Positions 7,816 to 13,921 of a stretch of DNA of 13,921 nt are shown here, one piece after another; within the stretch, counting starts at the first letter, position 1, and each line of letters begins with the position of its first letter. The translations under genes were made by a program, and so were the position numbers. This DNA is from Candidatus Omnitrophota bacterium (GTDB taxonomy: Bacteria; Omnitrophota; Gorgyraeia; Gygaellales; Profunditerraquicolaceae): positions 1 through 13,921 of the forward strand of contig JBEKSD010000024.1 of NCBI GenBank assembly GCA_049517335.1, given 5' to 3'. Under the pieces are notes generated by a model. It was not told the DNA's origin, ran no database searches, and saw only the letters and a program-made list of their open reading frames with translations.

Positions 7816-7907
7816 GGAGAGGTGGCTGAGTGGTCGAAAGCAACTCACTGCTAATGAGTTGACCCGGGAAACTGGGTCCCTGGGTTCAAATCCCAGCCTC
7901 TCCGCCA
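7816..7907 (+). tRNA. tRNA-Ser(GCT), CCA encoded
   Basis: Acceptor GGAGAGG/CCTCTCC, anticodon arm ACTCA-CTGCTAA-TGAGT (GCT at 7850-7852), long variable arm GACCCGG-GAAA-CTGGGTC, T-arm CTGGG-TTCAAAT-CCCAG, then G73 and CCA at 7905-7907. Confidence 0.97.
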
Positions 7908-7999
7908 TTGCAACCAATTTGAACCATTGGTTTGTTCGCGGGTCCCAGGGTTCTATTGTACATGGGTCCGATGGAATTTTTCGACGAGCTAATTTAATT

Positions 8000-9574
8000 A
8001 TGTCCTACACAGTATTTGCCCTCAAGTGGCGGCCGAGGAATTTTGATGAAATAGTAGGCCAGGCCCACATCGTTAATAACTTAAAAAGCGCTATTACTAA
8101 TGACCGCCTTGCCCACGCGTATCTTTTTGCCGGGCCGCGGGGGGTGGGAAAAACTTCCACGGCAAGGATTTTAGCTAAGGCGCTTAATTGTAAAGAAGGC
8201 CCAACGCCTAACCCATGTGGTAAATGCGTAGCGTGTTTGGATATTACTCAGGGAAAAGCACTTGATGTGATTGAAATTGACGGCGCTTCCAACCGCGGCA
8301 TTGAAGAAATTCGCACTTTACGCGAAAGCGTGAAATTCGCGCCAACCTCCGGAAAATTCAAAGTTTATATAATTGATGAGGTGCACCAGATTACTGCTGA
8401 CGGTTTTAACGCCTTGCTTAAGACGCTGGAAGAGCCGCCTCCTTATGTAAAATTCATTTTTGCCACAACCCACCCCAACAAAGTCATGCCGACCATTCTT
8501 TCAAGGTGCCAGCGGCTTGATTTTCGCAGGATCTCGGTAATGGAGATGATAGGCCAGCTTGAGAAGATTGCGGAGGATGAAAAAATAAAAGTAGATAAAG
8601 AAGTTTTGTTTGCCATAGCCAAAAGCTCAGACGGGGCTTTAAGGGATGCAGAGTCTATTTTAGACCAGCTTTTTTCTTTTACTAAGGAAAAGGTTTCGCT
8701 AAAAGACGTCGTATCTATTTTGGGGTTGGTTGAACAGGAAGCCCTCTTTGAGTTGACTGATACAATAATCCGTAAAGATCCTAAAGCCGCATTGGAAATA
8801 TTGGATCGTATAATTGATGACGGAAAAGATATAGGTGTTTTCTTAAGTAGTTTAATTGAACATTTCCGTAACCTGATGATTGCGAAAGTTTCTAAAGGAG
8901 ACCCGAAACTGATAGACCTTCCCCTTGAGATATGCGAGCGCCTCCTTGAACAGGCCCACTCTATGGGGCTCAATGAGATTTTTAGCTCGTTTAATACTTT
9001 AGTCGCTACGCAAGAGATGACTAAACGGCTGGATTCTTTACGCATACCGCTTGAAATATGCTTAGTGAGGCTCGCGTATGATAAGAATAACGCAGGCTCC
9101 GGGGGGAGCGGCAAGCCGGATATTATGCATACCGCAGGGCGCCATGAAAAAGAAAAAAAGGCCGATGAACAGGTAAAACAACAGGAGGTTAGAACCGAGC
9201 CTTCAGCGCAGCAGTATAAACCACTATCAATTACATTGGATAATATTAAAGCTGCCTGGCAGAATCTAGTTGAGAATTTAGGCCGCGTAAAGATGTCGGT
9301 AGCGACTTATTTGAATGAAGGCGAACCTTTGAAATTAGACGGGAATACTTTGGTTATATCTTTTCCGAAAAACTATTCTCTCCATAAAGAATCGCTTGAG
9401 AAAAAAGAGATTAAAATGTTGATTGAAAAAACGATATCTGAAATATTCAATGAGAATATACTGGTAAATTTTATTCTGGCTGCTCAGACAAGGCAGACTG
9501 ATGACGCGAGGGAGCACCCGATAGTCAAATCAGCCATGAATATGTTCGGTGCGAGGTTAGTTAAAGAAGAATAA
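8000..9574 (+). CDS. dnaX: DNA polymerase III subunit gamma/tau, 524 aa
   Basis: Motifs 'ALKWRP..F.EIVGQ', Walker A GPRGVGKT, Zn cluster C..(PCGKC..C), 'EIDGASN', Walker B IIDEVH, 'LLKTLEEPP', SRC and 'G.LRDA'. True start is ATG 8000; the ORF-track start at 7859 lies inside tRNA-Ser. Confidence 0.97.
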   Translation: MSYTVFALKWRPRNFDEIVGQAHIVNNLKSAITNDRLAHAYLFAGPRGVGKTSTARILAKALNCKEGPTPNPCGKCVACLDITQGKALDVIEIDGASNRGIEEIRTLRESVKFAPTSGKFKVYIIDEVHQITADGFNALLKTLEEPPPYVKFIFATTHPNKVMPTILSRCQRLDFRRISVMEMIGQLEKIAEDEKIKVDKEVLFAIAKSSDGALRDAESILDQLFSFTKEKVSLKDVVSILGLVEQEALFELTDTIIRKDPKAALEILDRIIDDGKDIGVFLSSLIEHFRNLMIAKVSKGDPKLIDLPLEICERLLEQAHSMGLNEIFSSFNTLVATQEMTKRLDSLRIPLEICLVRLAYDKNNAGSGGSGKPDIMHTAGRHEKEKKADEQVKQQEVRTEPSAQQYKPLSITLDNIKAAWQNLVENLGRVKMSVATYLNEGEPLKLDGNTLVISFPKNYSLHKESLEKKEIKMLIEKTISEIFNENILVNFILAAQTRQTDDAREHPIVKSAMNMFGARLVKEE

Positions 9575-10173
9575 TGGCTTCTTATACCGATTCAATAGAA
9601 AAATTAATTGAAGGTTTGATAAAGCTTCCCGGCATAGGCCGCAGGAGCGCCGAGCGTATTGTAAATTACATTTTAAGTACTCCGGCAGATGAGATAAAAT
9701 CATTATCCTCGGCTATTCAAAAGGTAAAGGAGAGTGTGCGTTTCTGTAGATTGTGCAATAACTTAAGCGAAGAAGATTTATGCAAGATTTGTCAGGACGC
9801 GCGTAGGCAGAAGAATATGATTTGTATTGTGGAAAAGCCCGGTGACGTTACTGCAATTGAAAAATCTGGGACATTTAACGGCGTTTACCATGTTTTGCTC
9901 GGTTCTATATCGCCATTGGAAGGCAGGGGCCCGGCTGATTTAAAGATAGATGGGCTCATTAACAGGATAAAACAGGATAATATCAAGGAAGTGATTATCG
10001 CGACTGATGCCGATACCGAGGGAGAAACCACGGCAATGTACCTGGCTAAGGTGCTTAGGCCTCTAGGCGCGCATTTAAGCCGCATAGGTTTGGGTTTGCC
10101 TGTCGGCTCTAACCTTGAGTATGCCGACGCGACCACTCTTTCTAAAGCCTTAGAATCCCGCCGCGCAGTTTAA
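9574..10173 (+). CDS. recR: Recombination mediator RecR
   Basis: HhH 'LPGIGRRSA', C4 zinc finger (CRLC...CKIC), Toprim 'IVEKP', 'YHVL.G.ISPLEG', 'TEGETTA' and 'GLPVG..LEYAD'. TAATG overlap with the dnaX stop. Confidence 0.97.
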   Translation: MASYTDSIEKLIEGLIKLPGIGRRSAERIVNYILSTPADEIKSLSSAIQKVKESVRFCRLCNNLSEEDLCKICQDARRQKNMICIVEKPGDVTAIEKSGTFNGVYHVLLGSISPLEGRGPADLKIDGLINRIKQDNIKEVIIATDADTEGETTAMYLAKVLRPLGAHLSRIGLGLPVGSNLEYADATTLSKALESRRAV

Positions 10174-10177
10174 TTTT

Positions 10178-12148
10178 ATGATTACGATAACAAACCTCTC
10201 CAAGAATTACGGTCGGAAAATCCTTTTTGAGAATATTACTTTAAGCATTAATCGGGGGGAAAAAATCGGTCTGATCGGACCGAATGGTTCGGGTAAATCC
10301 ACGCTTTTTTCCCTGTTTCTCGGCGAAACCGAGCCTTCGTCGGGAGAGGTACGCGTCAATAAAAATGTCCACATCGGTTACCTTCCGCAGGAATCAAGCT
10401 TTAACTCGGAAAACACGGTCCTTTCGGAATTAACTGAAGGCGATGAGAGGATTTTGCGCCTTAAAAAAGAGAAGGCTGGGCTTGAAGACAATAATCAGGC
10501 AGGCTCTTATCGCTATGGAGAGGTTTTACATGAGCTTGAGTCATTAGGTTTTTTTGAGCTTGAACATAAGGCCAAAAAAATACTGATGGGCCTTGGTTTT
10601 AAGGAGAAAGACTTCAGCCGGTTGATTAGCCGTTTGAGCGGCGGCTGGCAGATGCGCGCGCTTTTGGCGAAACTGCTTACCTATCGTTATGACCTGCTTT
10701 TACTGGATGAGCCTACAAATTACCTGGATCTAAATGCCGCCTTATGGCTTAAAGATTATCTCGCCGGATTTAACGGCACGTTTATCATGATTTCACATGA
10801 TAGGGCGTTTTTAACAGATGTAACTAACTACACTCTAATTTTAGAAAACGGCTCAATTACAAAAGTGCGCGGCAACTACGAACATTACGAACAGATAAAG
10901 AGAGAGAAGCGCAAATTCCTGATTAAACAGTTAGTTGAGCAGGAAAAAAAGAAAAAACAGCTGCAGGAGTTTGTGGCGCGTTTCCATGCCCAACCGAATA
11001 AGGCCGCTTCAGTGCGCGCCAAGCGCAGGGTCTTGGAAAGGATGGAAGAAGAAGCGGTAACCGTCCCGCCTGAGCCAAGAGAAAGTATCGGCCAGATTCA
11101 TTTTCCCGTTCCCCGGCGCAGCGGCCACAGAGTGACTACTCTTAAAGGTATTTCAAAGTCATACGGCGATATTAAAGTTTATCAGGGGTTAGATTTTGAA
11201 ATTACACAAGGAGAGAAAGCTGTCTTGGCAGGAGAAAACGGCGCGGGGAAATCCACGCTCTTAAAAATGCTGGCCGGGGCAGTTGATATTGATTCAGGCA
11301 GCCGGATTATCGGCCATAATGTAGACATAGGTTATTTTTCCCAGACACGCACGGATGTCCTGAATGTTGAAAATACCGTCTTACAGGAAGCTTATCTGGC
11401 TGCACCCGGGTATATGCCGGAAGAAACAATAAGGGCGATATTGGGAGCATTTTTATTTACCGGGGATGATGCGGATAAGAAGGTAAAAGTTTTGTCAGGC
11501 GGGGAAAAGAGCCGTTTGATTTTAGCCAAACTTTTAATTAATCCCCCTAATTTCTTACTGCTTGATGAACCGACCACGCATTTGGACGTAGATGCCGTTG
11601 AGGCATTGGTGCGGGCGTTGAATGAATATACGGGGACCCTCATCTTTATAAGCCATGATATTTATTTTGTGCGTTCCGTAGCCAACGTTGTTTTTGAAGT
11701 AAAAGACGGATGGATACGTAAATTCGTAGGAGAGTTTAATTATTATTTAGAGAAAAAAGACCAAGAGGAAGTGATTATTAAAGCTGAACCGAAAGTCATA
11801 CCGCATAAAACTAAACACGAAGAAGAAAAGGAAAAGGCGAAATTGGAAGAAAAAAAGATTAAAGAGGAAGAAAAGGAACGCAAGGCGCATAACGCCGCTC
11901 TGCGCGCCGAAATAACAAAGTTAGAGAAGAAAAAAGAAAAGCTTCAGCTTGAGAGCTATGCCAAAGCCCGTTCGCTTTCCAATCCGCGTATTTTCCGCGA
12001 CGAAGAGACCGCTAAGGCGTACGGCCGCCGCATCAAAGAAATTGAAAAACTTACCTCCGGGATAGATTCGGAAATAAAAAATTGGAAGTGCAGATTTTAT
12101 AAGACTAATAAAGAAAGGTTTTATTTTTTCAAAAGTTTATTTATATAG
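10178..12148 (+). CDS. ABC-F family ATPase (YheS/YdiF/Uup-like translation factor); 3' end probably frameshifted, with alternative stop at 12100-12102
   Basis: Two NBDs (GPNGSGKS/LSGGW/LLLDEPTN/SHD and GENGAGKS/LSGGE/LLLDEPTT/SHD), a helical inter-ABC linker, no TM segments and a charged C-terminal coiled coil. Confidence 0.93.
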   Translation: MITITNLSKNYGRKILFENITLSINRGEKIGLIGPNGSGKSTLFSLFLGETEPSSGEVRVNKNVHIGYLPQESSFNSENTVLSELTEGDERILRLKKEKAGLEDNNQAGSYRYGEVLHELESLGFFELEHKAKKILMGLGFKEKDFSRLISRLSGGWQMRALLAKLLTYRYDLLLLDEPTNYLDLNAALWLKDYLAGFNGTFIMISHDRAFLTDVTNYTLILENGSITKVRGNYEHYEQIKREKRKFLIKQLVEQEKKKKQLQEFVARFHAQPNKAASVRAKRRVLERMEEEAVTVPPEPRESIGQIHFPVPRRSGHRVTTLKGISKSYGDIKVYQGLDFEITQGEKAVLAGENGAGKSTLLKMLAGAVDIDSGSRIIGHNVDIGYFSQTRTDVLNVENTVLQEAYLAAPGYMPEETIRAILGAFLFTGDDADKKVKVLSGGEKSRLILAKLLINPPNFLLLDEPTTHLDVDAVEALVRALNEYTGTLIFISHDIYFVRSVANVVFEVKDGWIRKFVGEFNYYLEKKDQEEVIIKAEPKVIPHKTKHEEEKEKAKLEEKKIKEEEKERKAHNAALRAEITKLEKKKEKLQLESYAKARSLSNPRIFRDEETAKAYGRRIKEIEKLTSGIDSEIKNWKCRFYKTNKERFYFFKSLFI

Positions 12149-12456
12149 TTTTGTATCAAAGATTTCTGCTCGTCATTTAAATCCAAAAATTCTATTCTCG
12201 TAATATGTGCCTGAGAACTAGATTCCGAACAATCTATTATCTTTCCGTAAAATTCCAGGCATTCTAATGGTTTAAGAGGAATTCTTACTCGAAGTTTTAA
12301 CTTATCTCCGGGAAAAAATTTCATTCTGGTAATAATCTTTGTGCCTGTTTCGCTAAAATCTTTTATCGGAGAAATATCCCAGATTATATTGTCTTTGCTG
12401 TATTGTATAAGTAAGGTTCCTTTTATCCGAATTGACCTTCTTCTTTCATTCTCCAT
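12121..12456 (-). CDS. Stand-alone PilZ domain protein (putative c-di-GMP receptor)
   Basis: N-terminal RxxxR (ERRRSIRI) and D/NxSxxG (DFSETG) motifs, and a C-terminal 'IEF..L.......I..YI' helix. Confidence 0.88.
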   Translation of the reverse strand: MENERRRSIRIKGTLLIQYSKDNIIWDISPIKDFSETGTKIITRMKFFPGDKLKLRVRIPLKPLECLEFYGKIIDCSESSSQAHITRIEFLDLNDEQKSLIQNYINKLLKK

Positions 12457-12584
12457 TAAAATATAGCTAATACTTATTTTTTCAGCCAGTTATTTTTTAA
12501 TCCCTTACGCTAAGCATAAAATAACTTATCTAGCAAAGAGGATGGCTGGAAGTATCAAGGAGTGTGTGTTTCTTAATGTAACTT

Positions 12585-12872
12585 TTAATATGCTTCATCG
12601 GCGAAAACTTCAATACGCTTTATATCCTTGAATACTTCGTCGTAATGAATCCCCTCGATATACTTCTCGAAGATTTTGGTCATTCCGGTAGGGAGGTTAT
12701 TTATAACTAAAACCGTATTTACCATAGGAATACCCTTGATGAATATAATTATGCGTGTAGTAACAGCGGTATAATTTTTACCGGACCTATTAGCAATTTC
12801 TCCTTTTACGACTATCTGTCCGGTATACTTTGCCTTTTCTAGAACGATATGGGAATATTCTAGATTCAGCAT
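12585..12872 (-). CDS. FxLYD/DUF3426-like Ig-fold hypothetical protein
   Basis: Pattern 'VKGEI.N.SGK.Y...' and 'INNL..G.TK.F'. SD AGGGGT 7 nt upstream and its own promoter. The family call is tentative. Confidence 0.6.
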   Translation of the reverse strand: MLNLEYSHIVLEKAKYTGQIVVKGEIANRSGKNYTAVTTRIIIFIKGIPMVNTVLVINNLPTGMTKIFEKYIEGIHYDEVFKDIKRIEVFADEAY

Positions 12873-12890
12873 CTTTCTTACCCCTATTTA

Positions 12891-12920
12891 ATTATATCAC
12901 TTGTATTTAAAAATTGTAAA
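12891..12920 (-). promoter_or_regulatory. Sigma70-type promoter for the 12872 gene (and possibly the PilZ gene)
   Basis: Minus strand TTTACA (12920-12915), an 18-nt spacer ending in TGA, then TATAAT (12896-12891); AT-rich upstream tract. Confidence 0.65.
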
Positions 12921-13191
12921 TAAAAACTAAATTCAAATTCTGAAGAATAAACTTTCTTATTCTTTATCTTAATCTTATTCTGATTTCTTATGCCTCAAAA
13001 GACAATTTTCCAGCACAGCAGAGGTACGCTTTTCCTGATTAACACGAAAAGCGCCCTGATTATCTCGAAGATCTCAAGGGTCACCGCTTAGAAATAAGGT
13101 AGTAAGCAACTCCATAGGTCATTTTGGTTTAAAAACTGTAGATTAGCGGGAAAGAAAGAAGGGGGAAAACTGTATTTAGAACTGGCTATGG

Positions 13192-13389
13192 TTATTTAAA
13201 TATGTGTGAAAAATGCAATCTAAAGAAATTCATGCTGTGTTCCAATTTTAATTCTAAAAGGCTGAGCTTGCTTATTTTGTTAAATTCACCGGCATTTAAC
13301 CAGATGCCTTTGTAGTTTTTACAATAATTAATTGTCACATTGTTATTCTTGGGATTCCATGTAACAATCTGTTTTAAACTAAATGCCAC
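13192..13389 (-). CDS. Small hypothetical protein, 65 aa
   Basis: GTG start with AAGGAG SD 8 nt upstream and a possible TGaTAAGAT extended -10 further upstream. No family recognised. Confidence 0.55.
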   Translation of the reverse strand: MAFSLKQIVTWNPKNNNVTINYCKNYKGIWLNAGEFNKISKLSLLELKLEHSMNFFRLHFSHIFK

Positions 13390-13474
13390 TTTAAAGTCTC
13401 CTTAATAAATATCTTATCATAAAAATAAAAACTCTCCGTAAGTATTTTACTTAAAAAAGAGCTAAAAATACAAA

Positions 13475-13489
13475 CTCCCCATCGTGGAC
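13475..13489 (-). mobile_element. Putative att core: displaced tRNA 3'-end fragment (tRNA-Asn-like)
   Basis: The minus strand GT-CCACG-ATGGGGA-G has the register of T-loop end, 5-nt T-stem strand, 7-nt acceptor strand and G73. There is no upstream tRNA body, and it is a GC-rich spot in AT-rich DNA. Confidence 0.45.
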
Positions 13490-13548
13490 GAATTTAGAAC
13501 TTTTCTTATCTTGTATAAAGAAGGAAAGTCCTTTAAGAAACCCGTGTT

Positions 13549-13562
13549 AATTTAGCTAAATT
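13549..13562. repeat. Perfect 14-bp palindrome AATTTAGCTAAATT
   Basis: Self-complementary sequence just downstream of the ankyrin gene stop. The function is unknown. Confidence 0.6.
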
Positions 13563-13577
13563 TATACTAATTTGTTA

Positions 13578-13921
13578 CTATTGAGTGTGTTTAGAACTTT
13601 TTTTATTTGGGCGAGACATACTACTCTTTACTGTGGAGGGTGGTTCATTTATAGCTCCAGCTTGCCTAAGTAATTCAACTATATCACTGTGGTTGCGTAA
13701 TTCGGCTTTCGATAAGGCTGTTTCGCCAATATCTGATTTTATATTTACATCTGCGCCCTTGGAAAGAAGCAGTTTAACTATTTCTTTTTTGTTAGTCTCT
13801 GCAGTAGACATCAAGGCTGTTTCACCGTTATTCGCTTTGGCGTTTACATCTGCGCCTTTAGAAAGAAGCAGTTCTACTATTTCTTTGTTGCCATTAGTTG
13901 CAGCAAATATCAAAGCTGTTT
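13578..13921 (-). CDS. Ankyrin-repeat protein, C-terminal part (5'-truncated by the window edge)
   Basis: 33-aa repeats 'TAL..A...N.KEIV.LLLSKGADVN.K...GETAL', a capping 'IVELLRQAGA' and a low-complexity tail. The frame stays open to the window end (TALIFAA...). Confidence 0.95.
   Translation of the reverse strand, partial: TALIFAATNGNKEIVELLLSKGADVNAKANNGETALMSTAETNKKEIVKLLLSKGADVNIKSDIGETALSKAELRNHSDIVELLRQAGAINEPPSTVKSSMSRPNKKSSKHTQ
13744..13890. repeat. 99-nt-period DNA repeat underlying the ankyrin repeats
   Basis: TTTACATCTGCGCCYTTRGAAAGAAGCAGTT..ACTATTTCTTT starts at 13744 and again at 13843. Confidence 0.85.

Noticed and set aside
7648-7917. Minus-strand 89-aa ORF 'MVAMAERLGFEPR...'
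   Set aside because: It is the typical antisense translation of a tRNA-Ser plus the tadA end.
7859-7999. N-terminal extension of dnaX in the ORF track
   Set aside because: It starts within tRNA-Ser. DnaX homology begins at MSYTVFALKWRP (8000).
7908-7999. SRP RNA (ffs) expected from synteny
   Set aside because: No domain IV motif (CAGG...GNRA...AGCAG) is present, so it is reported only as an unidentified structure.
8443-9114. 223-aa antisense ORF within dnaX, and the other shadow ORFs (1403-1627, 1703-1984, 2164-2412, 2631-2921, 3058-3294, 4941-5204, 5718-5987, 6054-6302, 6573-6782, 9335-9517, 9885-10136, 11392-11643)
   Set aside because: They largely or entirely overlap well-supported genes and show no recognisable motifs.
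12457-12584. c-di-GMP riboswitch upstream of the PilZ gene
   Set aside because: The GEMM features (GGCAAA/GNRA-receptor, GACGCAAAG-type core) are not found on the minus strand.
1-13921. CRISPR array, IS/transposase, integrase gene or rRNA
   Set aside because: No regularly spaced repeat-spacer units, no transposase or integrase motifs in any ORF, and no rRNA-like sequence.

Overview
Bacterial chromosomal window that is mostly housekeeping genes with two accessory patches. The gene style suggests Candidatus Omnitrophota or a similar PVC lineage; this is an inference, mainly from the 'TITTYYPSPYGSY' protein. On the + strand from the left: a 5'-truncated MATE transporter, a ZnuABC-type metal ABC transporter, an alpha-glucan phosphorylase with a ~42-aa insertion, and a degenerate stand-alone Smr protein. 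A convergent AMMECR1/AmmeMemoRadiSam-A gene follows and looks leaderless. Next come three accessory genes: a secreted GNVGIGT-repeat fibre-like protein, a membrane-anchored hypothetical and a zinc-ribbon protein. These precede tRNA-Arg(ACG), tadA, tRNA-Ser(GCT), dnaX, recR and an ABC-F ATPase; ffs and ybaB are absent from this block. From ~12.1 kb the DNA is AT-rich and all called genes are on the - strand (PilZ, FxLYD-like, hypothetical, ankyrin). The most notable signals are: (i) a tRNA-3'-end-like att core at 13475-13489 fused to an orphan 'LPIVDEFRTF...' peptide that may be a recombination-switched integrase C-terminus; (ii) codon-conserved GNVGIGT DNA repeats in the secreted protein; (iii) an in-phase A_AAA_AAG slippery site with an immediate -1 stop in the dnaX linker; (iv) a G:U-rich structured RNA in the slot normally held by SRP RNA; (v) an apparent 1-nt frameshift at the ABC-F 3' end.
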